Shown here piece by piece: positions 43,301 through 57,359 of a DNA stretch of 64,000 nt. A model generated the notes under the pieces. That model did not search any database, was not told the DNA's origin, and saw only the letters and a list, made by a program, of their open reading frames with translations. The DNA is taken from NCBI GenBank assembly GCA_951406725.2, contig OX597826.1:53258001-53322000 (forward strand), read 5' to 3'. The translations under genes were made by a program, and so were the position numbers. This stretch comes from Octopus vulgaris. Its lineage: Eukaryota. The first letter of the stretch is position 1; each line of letters begins with the position of its first letter.

Positions 43301-43700
43301 GAAAAAGAAAAACTAACGCCATAAACTGGTTCAGTGTTTCTGTCACCAATGTGAGAAAGCCTGCTTGCTATGTGTAAGGATAGTTTTGTGAGAAACAACG
43401 TAATTAACAGGTTATCAAATTGTAGTATTTTTAATTACCTGTCTCTTGAGTTAGATTATTACGGGAATAGTATTGTGTTTTACACCACCGACACCATCAC
43501 CACCACTCCTCCTATTACTACTACTACTATTACTACTACTACTATTACTACTACTACTATTACTACTACTGCTGCTGCTGCTGCTGCCGGCAACGACAAG
43601 GAAACATAAATTCACCCAACTTCAGTAGATATCATCTCCGAACTTGAGTTTCGTTTTCAAATCTCCTTTAAACTACTGGAACCCACCACACTGCGTTACG

Positions 43701-43845
43701 GAAAAGTTGCTGTAGAGTGAAATTTCGCAACGCGAAACACACATTCTCGTTGACTTCCGTGTCCATTAACTATCATGTAACACGGAAGTCAATGAAAACT
43801 AAATATGTTTCGCGTTACGGGACTCCACGTTACGATAATATTTTC
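43701..43845. repeat. Imperfect inverted repeat (MITE-like hairpin), no hammerhead core
   Basis: CGCAACGCGAAACA...TTGACTTCCGTGT / ACACGGAAGTCAA...TGTTTCGCGTTACG. Confidence 0.75.
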
Positions 43846-44574
43846 ATGAGCACAGCGCTTTCATAATCACTATCATCATTTTGGATTAAGAAATTTTTTC
43901 TAAATTTTTCTTTCATTCCTTTCCTCCTACACTTTCCCTCTCCTACTTCCTTTTCTCCTTTAATCTTTCCTTTCTAAATTCCTTATCCATTTTCTTCTAT
44001 GTCTTCCCATCACCATCACCACCACCACCATCACCGTCTCATATTTGCCGTTTTCACATTACATTTATATGTTAATAAGCTTTCTTACACAGAGGGATGT
44101 CAGTTTTTCCTTTGTACAATCAATATTACTTTGAACTTCCCTTCTGACCCGACAGTGGTATGTAACCAACGGTTGCTAATAGTTACCAGGTAGTGAAGCC
44201 AAACACGTCATTGCCAAACTTTGTAATAACAATAATTATTATTAGTCACCACAACAAGACCTTGTAATGACAATAAAGCCAGCTGCCTCTGAAGGCTGTT
44301 TATCTCTAAGGCCGTCTTTTGTCCATTAATTAATTATATTTTCTATCATACACCATTTCTCCTGTCCACCAATCTGCCAGACAATCTGGACAGACTGGAG
44401 TTTCATAGGAGACAACTCTTTGGATATAAATCAAGAGAAGTCAGATCTAATCTAATCCTGTTATTTTGTATATATTGTACTAGAATGTTACTTGTCATAT
44501 AACGGTTAATATTTGAAAGTTTATCTTTGTCACTGTGGGTGATATCATGTATAGTAATTAATTATTATAATAGG

Positions 44575-44614
<40 letters not shown>

Positions 44615-46549
44615 GTTATTATTGTCATTTTTGCTTTTAATCTGCATGTTTGTTACAGTCACTTGCCGAGACACATTCAGTGTCCTGGGGCGAGTGAAGG
44701 ATAAGAGATGTTACAGAATGACTGAAAGCTTGGGGAGGGGTGGTAGTGAAATATCTTCCTGTAATACAACACAGGCATTTAAATAGATCATATTATCATT
44801 ATATTATTATTATTATTATTATTATTATTGAGTGAGAGAGAGAGAGCAGTGCATGCCATCAAAGTGACACTGGGGTAAAATATACGAAGCCCAGTATACC
44901 CATCATGACTACCCGTCTGATAAGGGTACACTAGGCACATGGGTTAATTAAATAAGTACCAGTTGAGCACTGGGGTCGATATAATCGATTTGTCCCTCCC
45001 AGGAAATGCTGGCCTTGTGCGAAAATTTGAAACCAATATCGACTGCGTGGAATAAAATCTGAAAAACAATCTAAAAACTATATGGAAATAGAGAGAAGAT
45101 GCAAGTATGATGTATACGTGTAGGAAGATTGTTGTTGTTGTTGTTGTTACGGTTGTTATTTAGCCTTAGGCCGGCCCTGGTGGAGCAGATCCTGATCAAA
45201 TGCATTCCAGCCTTGATCATCCTTCTCTTTAGGGGTATTTATAACTAAATCTGTCATTTTTTTAGCAGTAGGGGCGCTTTTATAGAAGTTCGGCTACTAC
45301 TTTTAGCAGATCGGGCGGTCAAGTAGGGGCTCTCTGATTAGGATTGTTTATATCATGGCTGAAGACTCCTTTAGTACATGCGTATGAAAAAAAGATTCTA
45401 TAATTTATTATTTATTTAATGTAATTTTTAAATTACAAAATCATATATATAGGCCAACGTTTTGAGTTACTGTTTTGGCTTTGAGGTTTAAAGCATTATT
45501 ATATATCGGCTTTTCAACACTTCATCTGTAAGCAGCTTCAGATATGAATGCAGGTAAAGTGTTGTACCCCTTATTCCTGGTTTATATTTGTTTGTTAGTC
45601 AGAGTTATATAAAAGATATTCATCTTAACATTTGACTTGTTGATAGATTCTAAGTTGTTCTAAACCGTTAAGTTGGGAGTTGCCAGTGTTGCTATAATAT
45701 ATGCAAATGGGTGTTATGCGAACGTGTCAAAAATAGAAACTATACGATCATTAGAATAACTCCCAAACTTGGTCATGGATCTCATCAAGGAACTGGAATT
45801 TCATAGTAGAGTGAGGAGCGATCGTATATGTTTAAATAGTAAACTTTCATTAACGACCTGTTGGAACACCATATTTCGTTATGCAACCATAATGGGCTCC
45901 CAAAGAAAGGTTATAAATTGTAATCTTTAAGGTGGTGGCGAATTAATAGAGTTGTTAGAGCGTCGGCTTGAAAGCCGCGTGACATTTTTTTTTTTTTTAC
46001 TATGCGCTCTGTGATCAAATCTCGCCGAAGTCAACTTTGTTCTTCATATTTTCAGTGTTGATAAAAAAGTACCAATTCAGGCATTGGATTGGTGGGGCTG
46101 TAAGAATATCGGACCAGATGTCTCGCGTTATTTGTTCTGGCTCTTTGCATTCTGAGTTCAAATCCTGCATGTCCTATTTAGATGGTAGACTTAATCTGTC
46201 ACCCAGTTTAAGGTACCGCCAGGCACCTTTGGTACTTATTAAATCTGTTGCAAGCATTCGAGCCGGGCCTCTGGATTCACGATACCTCCCCCCTCCCTAC
46301 CAACAGTCTCGGAGACTCTACAGAGAGTTATGGATACTACATTCCATGATAACTGAAAGAAAAAAGAAAAAGAAAAGCAAGAGCAGATAAGGATCTCTTC
46401 ATATTTTCAGTGTTGATAAAAAAGTACCAATTCAGGCATTGGATTGGTGGGGCTGTAAGAATATCGGACCAGATGTCTCGCGTTATTTGTTCTGGCTCTT
46501 TGCATTCTGAGTTCAAATCCTGCATGCCCTATTTAGATGGTAGACTTAA

Positions 46550-46867
46550 TCTTTATATATAAAACTGAAGTTGTGCGTGTGTCTATCTACTCCGATTTAG
46601 ATTCCTAACTCTCGGAGACTCTACAGAGAGTTATGGATACTACAGTTTAACCAAAACCGGGTATCTTATAGTCGTGATTCATATCGAGCCCTTCTGGGTA
46701 TTAGCATGCGTCTACGTTGAGTCTACGATTAAAAAAAAAAATTTACCATCATTTTTCCGCATTTTTAATGACTTTTTGCTCGGTTTATATAAGGGAAGTA
46801 ACTCTCTAAAAATGCTTATATAGTTATTTCCCTTACAAACCCGAGCAACGCCGGGCGTTACTGCTAG
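46550..46867 (+). mobile_element. Non-autonomous Helitron
   Basis: 5' A|TCTTTATATATAAAA, subterminal GC hairpin CCCGAGCAACGCCGGG at 46840-46855, and 3' CTAG|T. Confidence 0.8.
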
Positions 46868-47156
46868 TTTATCATATAGTTTTAATAACATATCCTTGCA
46901 GTTGTACTTTCAATAAATATTACAAATAGAAACTAATAAAAACAAATAGAAACTAATAAAAACAAGGTGGAACAAGACACTTCTATTGTTAACATTTTAA
47001 TGAGGTTTTTTTATGTCACAAAAAAAAACAAACATGTCCAGCTTTGTGTCGCAGAAACGCATGGGAATGCATCTTTTCCATTATTATCTTAACCACCACA
47101 CTCGTTATCTTTATCTTTATCGCCATGACTAATGTCATCGTAGTCGTTGTCACCCC

Positions 47157-47199
<43 letters not shown>

Positions 47200-50100
47200 T
47201 CCTTATCATTGTTATCATCATCCGAACCCCCGTCAAGTACATCTCTGTCTTAAAGTCTAATTGTGCGTTTTTAATTCTTTTAGTCCTGGCTGCATAATCT
47301 TTAGTCTCCAGATTTAGATTTCTGGAAAAAAATCTTCTGTAACATTTTTCGTCATTTCCCACTGCATGACTTCTGAATCCGTTTCTTGTGTCTTGGTTAG
47401 TTTCAGTGTAAAATTGTCGTTTGTCATAGTTGCCATAGTGATAAATATTTCATCTAAATCTTTAAAGATTGATGACATATTTACTAAATGTAGCAGAGGC
47501 AAGTTTAAGGTTTTGACATTGGAAACCTCATCAAAGAACCCAATGTCGTTTCTGTCTTGCCCCACAAGTTGCCAGCTTTAAAACAGAACGTTTGATATGA
47601 TATTAATAATTGTTTTCTTTGAATGTATTGACAATTATTATTGACCATCATTTGGATGGAAAACATTCAATTTCTGACCACCATATATATTTATATTTTC
47701 CTGGACTTGTTCCTGTTGTTAGTTTTTCAATAGCCTAATAAAAAGATTTCGTTCGTGCACCAAATTACGCAACAACTAGTCAAATATAATGTTAAATTAT
47801 TAAAAAAAAAACAGATATACAGATAGATGTAATTTATACTGACTTGCTTTCTTGCTTTTCTGAAGTACTTCGTCAAAATTACTCAAGAAAAGTAGTACTG
47901 AAATCGGATCGCGAACATGGTTCGCAAGAGCTTACTTGATTTAGGCATCAATTTATAAAGTAAAATGTTTGTTTTGACATGATGAACGGTCAATTTTGTA
48001 AGAAAGAAGTAAATCCGTTTATGTAAACTCAATATTGCTAAAGTACTGAATTTATCGATTTCCAAGTGAAGGACGCTATTGATCCGAGAAAAAGGAAAAT
48101 CGATGTTGGTATGGCAACAGTTAAGGTCGCAGCCGTAAGGGATGAGAATAAATTCAAGAACATGTTGGAACCATGACTTGCTTCTGACATTGTCATCGAC
48201 TTCAGTGAAATACAATATTTACAACATTGACCGTACGTCAGATCTCAGCTTTCGACTGCAGGGAGCGAAAACACAGCAGTCTCAAGGAAATTCTCATAGT
48301 TCTTGAATCACAAAATAGAAAATAATATAAAGTAAAATTCTGACAGATCGATGAAGACATCTGTAGGTATTCTATATCGATGCTTTCTTACTACATGAAA
48401 GTATAATCTTGTCTACTTTTCACTTGTACACAGCTTTGTACAGTTCTTTATCTTGTAGGATTGTCTTTCCTCTTAAACAGTCGTAACGTAAAGTCTAAAT
48501 AGACTTCAGCGCTTTCATTCTTACAGATTCCTTCCATAAATCCACTAATTATATACTGGGATTGTGCTGGATGAATAGACAAAATAGCAACTTTCGACCA
48601 ATGGGGGATATAATTTGTTTACTGACGTCTGCATTTTCTTATTGACATCATCCAAAATGTTTTTATTCATACGGATGTTTAGCTAAGTAATTTTTTGTTC
48701 CCTATCATCAGGCTAGAACGTATCTCAAGTTCGAGGTAAGTTACCATGTCGCAAGTTTATTCTGATAATAATCTACAACGCAACGTTTAATCAGTTCCTA
48801 GCTTATCATATGATATTCTATTTTGATACTATTTTATCAGATAGTATTTTATGAAATACCATTTTATGATATATTATTTTATCATTCCACATTCTAAATT
48901 CACATCCCACAGCAGTTAATTTTGCTTTGCATCCTTTCGGGGGCGATAAAATAAAATGCCAATCAAAATAAAGTATCAATTGACGAAATAAAGTGCCAGT
49001 CAAGACTAGGGTCGATGATATCAACCGAGTTCCTCCTTTGAAAATTTCCCCTTATTCTATCAGATTCTCTTTTCTGAGTCAGTTCTCTAACAGATATTAC
49101 TTTATCAGGATAACTTGTGAGCCATCAACAAGCCGCTATATGTAACATCCGGTCACCTCTTCACCTCAGCATTTAATATTCAATCAGATAATAATTTATG
49201 GATGTCAGACACAGGATATGCCAGCTTGATCTGGGTTACAAACTTATTACTGGCAAGTAACTTTACATTAACCACTCACTCATTTTGCAATGTTATATTA
49301 CGTATTACTATAACATAAATCAATTAATTATTCAACAGAGAAAAACGTCAAAACGAGGTGAAAATATATCATAATTTATTCAATATGTCCGCAATTAGTT
49401 AATTGGAATTTAATTTGGACTTGTTCAGTCGAAATCAAATAATCGATAATATTGATATTCCAGAGAATATATACATTCACTTACCAGCTGTTATTATATG
49501 GTATTGGCGATATTTTTTTTTTAATACTGCAGTAACACATTCCGTTGGTCATGTAGTCTAACTGCTATCAACATTGTCTCCGTGCAGGGCTCGGTAGGCC
49601 GTGACTGGTGATGAACAGACATGAGTTGAGGCTGCGGGATCAACAGAGATTCCGGGATACTGAGCAGGAATGCTCGTGTGTCACTTTGACGGAGCTACAG
49701 TCTTGGATGAAGTGAAGACCAAGTCTAAGTTCCTGGCATCTGGAATATTTTCGGCGCTCAAAGTCATCTATAAATGGGGCAATACAGTCGATGGAACGGT
49801 CACATCAGCACTTACATAGATGTCTAGTGGCAGTAAAGACTGACTTCAGATGATGATGTGTGAACTAGTTGGTCTGCTCTGGAGGACATTCGGCCCGAAG
49901 ACTTTGGCTTAACTTCCAGAAATTCCTGGCTTGACAGGCATCGTTAATTTGAAATAAACTCTACTATTCCAGAAACAACGGCAGCTGGACCTGTCCAAGA
50001 CACGAACAATGTAACGAAACTGTTATGCATGCATTCATTCAGAACAAAAGCATTATTGGCTAATGGATTTTTGTTGGACAGTTGTTGTCTCATGTGAAAC

Positions 50101-52287
50101 AGATTCGGATGACGGCCAACCCACAGGAGTAGCTGGTAGATTTTTTTCTATGTGGTGGCTATAACAAACGAAATTGTATGATGGGTGTCTCTGAAAGGAC
50201 TGAAGACAGAAACTTCTTCTTCGGTCAAGCTTTCATCTACAATTTCAAGTTCCACTTAGAGAAATTGGGGAGAGTGAATACTACCCTCCAAAAAAGGTAA
50301 ATGAAAGTAACAAGTATGGTGAGAATTAATGGGTCTCTCATCATGTGTCCGTGTGTTCCTTAGAGGGACATTCATTCTTGGAAGTCATGGCAATACTGGG
50401 TCTGTCGGTCCCTTGAGTAGCCCTTTGTTCTGGCTCTTAACATTCTGAGTATAAAATCTGTCGAGGATAACTGATTTTTACCAGCTGAGTGGACTGGAGT
50501 AATGTGAAATGAAGTGTTTTGCGCAAGAACGTAACGCATCTCCTGGTCCAGGAATCGAAACTACAATCTTTGATCACAAATCCAACACTCTGACCACTAA
50601 GTGTGTGTGTGTGTGTGTGTGTGTGTAATCGGGCAGTTGTTCACAAACCTGAAAAATAAAGCACACTCTCAAATCCTTTTGAGCAGTAATATTCGATATA
50701 TTCGTTGTTTATGGTCAGTCAGAAATTTACCATTGATTTCACGCCTATTATGAGTCGCCGATATTGCTAAAAGCATGATAGGTACGAAACCAGTGGTAAC
50801 TTTCTGATCGGCCCTAACCAACGTCTACATTATATATATATACATACATATTAACTATTGATCATAGCTCCTCATTTGATTGTCACTGTGAATATATTCT
50901 GACTTCGCAAGGATAGCATCACTTCCATTCGTCTTTATTGGAGGTTTGCACTCCACTCTCCCCATTCTCTCTCAGTGGAATCTAGAATGGTCGATGAGGA
51001 CTTGGTCGAAAAGGAAAGTTTCTGTCTTCAGTCCTTCCTTTCAGTTGCATCAATTACGTAGTTTCTTCCGCCATAGCTGTCACTGGTACTGCTTTGTTCC
51101 AAAGAAAAAAAAAATCATTAAGCTCACATACGAAAGGTTTCACCCTAAATTTGTTGTTTCCAATTTCAGAGAAGGCAAGAGTGTACAAAAATGGTAGACT
51201 TCTGGATTGAATACTTTTCATTATTCGCATTATTAGTTCCGTTAAGGTGGCGAGCTGGCAGAATCATTATCGCACCGGGGACAAAATGCTTACGTTCTGA
51301 GTTCAAATGCTGCCGGGGTCGACTTTACTTTTTTGGGGGGTCGACTTTTTTGGGGGGTCGATAAAATAAGTACCAGTTGAGTACTGGATGCGATGTAATC
51401 GACTTACCCATCCCACGAAAAAAAAATTGCTGGCTTTGTGCAAAAATTTGAAACCATTATTTAGTTCCATCAAGGCGGCGAACTGACAGAATCGTTACCG
51501 TATCGGACTAAATGCTTAGCTGCATTTCAACTGGATCTTTACATTCTGAGTTCGAATACTACCCGAGCACCACTTTGCCTTCTCATCTTTTCAGGATCGA
51601 TAAAATGAGAAATAGCTAAGCAATGAGGTCGATAAAATGGGTACCAGTCAAGCACCGGGGTTGATGTAATCGACTTCCTTCTCCTTTTAAAATTGCTGGC
51701 CTTTTGCCAAAATTCGAAGCAATCATTTAGTTCAGTCAATCAATGTTGCAAATTCAAATCCCAACGAAGACGATTTTAAAACTTTCAACCCTCTCTAGAT
51801 CGACTCGTACTCGTCTGACTCGTACTGGCTTCAGCTAATCAGTATACAACTTCTCTGTTATTAATCCCTTTATGTCAATGAAGAAAATTTCTGTTTGCAT
51901 ACCTGTTTCCACTATCTGTAGATGTGAAAACATTAAACATCTTCTTGTACAACCTTGTGATATTCGTCGTTTTAGAACGTGTTTAAAGTATATATATCAT
52001 AATATCAATGGGTTACCTTTGTACTAACAATCGTCTTCGTTCTCTGTAATTCGTCTGTCAAAGCACGGAAGCTACGAATTACAGAAACGAAATCGAAATA
52101 GTTTTCTTCAGTGATATGTATTCCGGCATTTTGTATAATGTATCGTAAGTTTCAATAAAAATACCTGCCAACTAACTACCTTCATTTAACACTCGTAAAT
52201 ATACACACAGCTATTAGTAGCCATAGTTATTTAAACAGGCAGTCGGGCGTGATGCTAATTGAATTAGATTCAAATACTCAAGCTTCA

Positions 52288-52380
52288 ACCGGAAGTAAGA
52301 CTCATTTAAATCTTATAATTATTTACAAATTCAACTTGGGTTGACGTGTTACCCTGAAGATCTTCTACAGCAGCGTAAGT
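52288..52380 (+). promoter_or_regulatory. Candidate promoter / non-coding first exon upstream of the INF2-like exon
   Basis: ETS-type ACCGGAAGT at 52288-52296, TGACGT at ~52342 and a donor-like GTAAGT at 52375, all in unique sequence ~5.8 kb upstream. Short motifs only. Confidence 0.25.
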
Positions 52381-53233
52381 AAACAAAACATTTCGTAAGA
52401 CAGGTATAGATGCTTCTTTTTTCGTTTTGCGTACGATTTATGTAACAGCAAACGTTGTGATATCTCTAATTATCAGTGCAAATCGACTGCTCCAAATCTA
52501 TCTTCGTTATTCTAATCTAATGAAATTTCTCTTTAACTTTAAAACAACTTTTCATTATGTTTACTGTTCGTTGTTAAATAATTCTATTGCTCTAAAACCC
52601 TTGATATGTAAGAAGATCTCAATATATAACAGGGGTCCTCTAATATTTTGCAGTAGTATGTTCAGAATCCAAAAGAACGATTATAGACTTTCTGTTTCTC
52701 TCTGTGTTACTTAATATTTTGTGAGATGAATTGTAACTTTCGGATTACCTTCATTAACTTTAAAGTATGTTACTCATAGACGCACACACGTGCTCGCGAC
52801 TATGTATGTATGTATGTATGTATGTATGTATGTATGTATGTATGTATGTATGTATGTATGTATGTATGCATGCATATATGTATGTATGCATGCATATATG
52901 TATGTATGTGTGTAAGTATGCATGCACGCATATATGTATATCTGTGTATGTGTGTGTGTGTGTGTTTGAATGTGAGTGTGTACATATATGCTTATATCTT
53001 GGTAGCCACTAGAAACAGCTGTCGGACTTGTAACATCATACCTTCTCCCCTTTAGTTTTTCTGTGTCTTTGTGCTTTTGTAAGTTTGCTATGATTATATA
53101 TAAATATCTATATTCTTATACAGGAATATTCATCGTCTGAAAACTTTCAGTCTTTGCTTTCTCTCTATTTACCAGTATATATGGATATATATTTTGTATA
53201 TCAGACCCAAACAGCCTTATTTGTTTATTTGAA

Positions 53234-53358
<125 letters not shown>

Positions 53359-53699
53359 GCATGTATGTATAAGTTATAATTGCGTGCATATAGTTATATA
53401 CATATACGAGTATGTATATATCATATATATATGGTGGCGCAATGGGCCAGTGGTTAGGGCAGCGGACTCGCGGTCGTAGGATCGCGGTTTCGATTCCCAG
53501 ACCGGGCGTTGTGAGTGTTTATTGAGCGAAAACACCTAAAGCTCCACGAGGCTGTACTCTTTTGCCACAACTTTCTCTCACTCTTTCTTCTGTTGACCTG
53601 CTCGTTTAGTCAGCGGAGTGGCGTCATTTGAAGGCTAAAACAATGTGATGTGTAGCAACATCTGATAACCTGGTCGGTCACGGTGATCACGGTGATCAC

Positions 53700-53745
<46 letters not shown>

Positions 53746-53847
53746 ATAGAAATGGTAAGGCAACAAAAGAATGAAAGAGACCTCGATATTATGTAAATAG
53801 AGGAATTTATATGTAAATGTAATATGTGACAATTATTCGGTAGCCAC

Positions 53848-53907
53848 GATAAACTCCGAGTTTCGGATGTCGGGGTGAAAATCCACGCCGCCATCTCTTC
53901 AGTTATC
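53848..53907 (-). ncRNA. Type-I hammerhead motif (same family as 12212-12269)
   Basis: Minus strand reads GAUAA CUGAAGA GAUG...CAUC C GAA ACUCGGAGU U UAUC. Confidence 0.75.
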
Positions 53908-53975
53908 CGGCCATGGGGAAAATGCTATGAAAATGACCGTGAAACAAAGGGAAATTACTGTGTGATAGCACAAAA

Positions 53976-54015
53976 ACTGTTACTCAGAGACTCACGTTCC
54001 CGTTCGTCGGACAGT
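53976..54015 (-). ncRNA. Degenerate hammerhead motif within fold-back 53965-54089
   Basis: Minus strand reads ACUGU CCGACGA ACG ggaa CGU GAGU CUCUGAG UA ACAGU. The inverted arm at 54054-54077 preserves the intact GAAACUCUGAGUA ACAGU. Confidence 0.7.
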
Positions 54016-54230
54016 TTTTTTTAGAATGGAACCATGTATATATATATATATATGGAACGTGAAACTCTGAGTAACAGTTTTTGTGATATTTTGCTGCTTT
54101 TTAATAAAGTATATATGTACATATAATATACATACATACAGACAGACAGACAGACATACTACAGACAGACAGACAGATAGATAAATAGATAGATAGATAA
54201 ATAGATAGATAGACAGACAGACAGACAAAC

Positions 54231-54313
<83 letters not shown>

Positions 54314-56356
54314 ATTTTTGCGTTGTCTCGATTTAAATCACATATACGATGTTAAATCGTTTTGTTTGTTTTGTTTGAACATGAAAGTTCAGCAGATAAG
54401 ATGACTTAACAGAGTCTGATATCAAAGGGAAGTAACTTTACAGTAGTGTTATGTTAATATATTTCGTTTTATAGTAATGAAAGTATTGAACTGAAGGTAT
54501 TGCGACTCGGAAATAATACCTGACTTTTCAAGGCCAAAGTGCTACAAGCATGACAATAACAGTGGCCTGGCATTGTGTCTCGTTCGAGTTGATCGCAAAG
54601 CAGACGAGAAAAGTAAACCATTAATTTTGTGGAAGAATGTTGGTTGGCTCCCTACACATAACTTAGAAGGTCCCCAAGATCTTTTGAACGGCAGTTTTCA
54701 ACACATTTTCTAGTTAACTAAACACTTTTAAATTTCGTATCCCATAATCAAATACAGGTTTTTTTTATCGGTTAAAAAAGCTTTCTAGATTTTGTCCACA
54801 AACGATTTATAGATTCAGTCCACTAAACATTGTTCCATTCATAACAGCTGTAAATGATTCCCAATAATAAAATGAGATAATCAAGGTCTTTCGTCATACA
54901 ATTTAAACATTCACTACGTGGCTGTGTGGTAAGAAGTTAGTCTTTCAACCACATAGTTCCGGGTTCAATTCCACTGCATAGTACTTTGGGATTGTGTCGA
55001 CCAAAAGCCTTCTGAGTGGATTTGGAGACAGAATCACACACATACAAACACAAACACACGTGCTTTTGTATTAATGTTTGTCCCCACCACCGTTTGTCAA
55101 CGGCATTTATTTACATCTTCGTAACTTGGTGGTCTGGCATAAAATATCGATAGAATAAACCACCAGGCTTCAGTATTCAGATCGATTCGTTCGACTAAAA
55201 ACCCTTGTAGATGATGCCCCAGCATGACCGCAGTCTAGTGACTGAAACAATAAATGAAACAGATGAAAGATAAGCCCTTGCTATCATTTTGTTGAACTAG
55301 AAAAGAAACACAGTTTAATATGTTTCTTCTCTTTATGAGAAGAAGAAGAAGAAGAAGGTGGAGTATTAGTAGTAGTAGTAGTAGTAGGAGGAGGAGGAGG
55401 AGGAGGAGGAGGAGGAGGAGGATTGGCCAGTTATGGGTTCTTGGAATTGTTACACTTTAACTGATTCTTCTGTTTCTATTGGTGGACGAGAAACATATCG
55501 TATTGAGATTGGTAACAGGATGCTTCAGTGGGGAGTTTCGCCAATAATTTATCTTTTTCTTGTTTCCGTCATTTTTGACTGCGATCAAGCTGAGGCAGCG
55601 CCTTGAAGGGTTTTACTCGAACAAATCAACTCCCCGACTTAGCCTGGTACTTATTCTATAGATTTTCTTTTGCCGAACCACTAATTTACGGGAATATAAA
55701 CACACCAAGCATTAGTGGGGGACAAACACAGACACAAAGACGTGCACACATGGACATATACACATATATATTCGACGGGCTTCTTTCAAATCCACTTTGG
55801 TCGGCCCAGGGCTATAATAGAAGATACTTACCCAAGGTGCCACGCAGTGGGACTGAACCCGGAACCATGTGGTTGAGTAGCAAGCTTCTTACAACACAGC
55901 CATTGTTTCATTGTTGCTGTTCCGTGCCTTTCTCAATAAACCGAACAATCAAACCAACGAAAGGCAAGCAATCACAGCATTAAGAACAGAACGTGGAAAT
56001 ATTAAAATATTCTGTGTTAGTTCTATTTTTACTTTTTTAAAAACGAAATATGTGTAAGTAAATTGCATTCTATTCAATGATAGATTATCATCATCACTCT
56101 TCTAAATACACCAGAGTGAACGCTTTGTGTGATTACTATGAATAGTAACCACTTATGAATAGCAGAAAAATGCATGATAACTAAGAATGTCATTGAAACT
56201 AAATTGCTTAATTTAACTCAAACCTTGTCATCCGGAATATAATGGTTGTATGTGAGTTAACGGGGGACATTTGAGCAGAGAATCAATGACAGCATTTTCG
56301 AGTCAGTTGTTAATCTAAGAGCAATTTCTTCGTTGACTAATAAAAGAAAGGTACTA

Positions 56357-56745
56357 CTCTTTTACTCTTTTACTCTTTTACTTGTTTCAGTCATTTTGAC
56401 TGCGGCCATGCTGGAGCACCGCCTTTAGTCGAGCAACTCGACCCTGGGACTTATTCTTTGTAAGCCCAGTACTTATTCTATCGGTCTCTTTTGCCGAACC
56501 GCTAAGTGACGGGGACGTAAACACACCAGCATCGGTTGTCAAGCAATGCTAGAGGGACATACACAGACACACAAACATATACACACACATACATATATAT
56601 ACATATATACGACAGGCTTCTTTCAGTTTCCGTCTACCAAATCCACTCACAAGGCTTTAATCGGCCCGAGGCTATAGCAGAAGACACTTGCCCAAGATGC
56701 CACGCAGTGGGACTGAACCCGGAACCATGTGGTTGGTTAGCAAAC
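56357..56745 (-). mobile_element. SINE family B, 5'-clipped copy
   Basis: Reverse complement of 39922-40340, with a (TACTCTTT)n tail. Confidence 0.85.
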
Positions 56746-57359
56746 TAGAAATAGTAACTTAGTTTCGTAGTTATATTAAACAAGAATAATGATGTGGACA
56801 TCAATAAATTTTTGTTCAATGAAATAATAAGTTTCACATTCCTGAACTTTGGTTTCTGTAAAATAAGAGGTCAAAATATATTCTATGTAAAAGTTCAAAA
56901 ACAAGATTCTCAATGAAGATGGAACAAACATATGCTTATGTTTCGGTGTCTTTTAAATACAATCATAAATGGTGGAAAGATAAAATGGCGGATTCCCGAC
57001 TTGTTGGACAAACAAAACATGGCATAACTACAGTTGAGCAAAACCCTCAACTCTATTTTTCACAGTATACTTTTGGTTCGTTAGAAATAAGAATATTATT
57101 CTTTAGATTATTGAAAAGATTGAAAGTCTAGTTATAAATAACGAAATATTTTAAAATATCATAGAGAACTCAATTATAGATTAAACAAAACGACAGAATA
57201 TGATAAAGATGGAAACTGCTTTAAAATATATGTTGAAGAAAAGATATTTGGTCACAATATAGTAGAGAAATATCTATTAGATACAAGATGCAATATATAA
57301 CAATGGGCGCAAGCTTGCCTCGCAATCATGTAGTTAGGTAACGTCGGGTTGACTAAATA

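Noticed and set aside
47150-48800. Short minus-strand ORFs (47150, 47314, 47883) as exons or a PLE/LINE reverse transcriptase
   Set aside because: No recognisable RT or other motif by eye, and the frames are broken. It may be an old retroelement relic, which TBLASTX/HMM searches would decide.
49480-50190. Higher-GC unique segment next to a minus-strand donor-like site (CACTTAC at ~49478)
   Set aside because: No ORF of 60 aa or more in the track and no recognisable homology, so it cannot be called an exon or element without a search.
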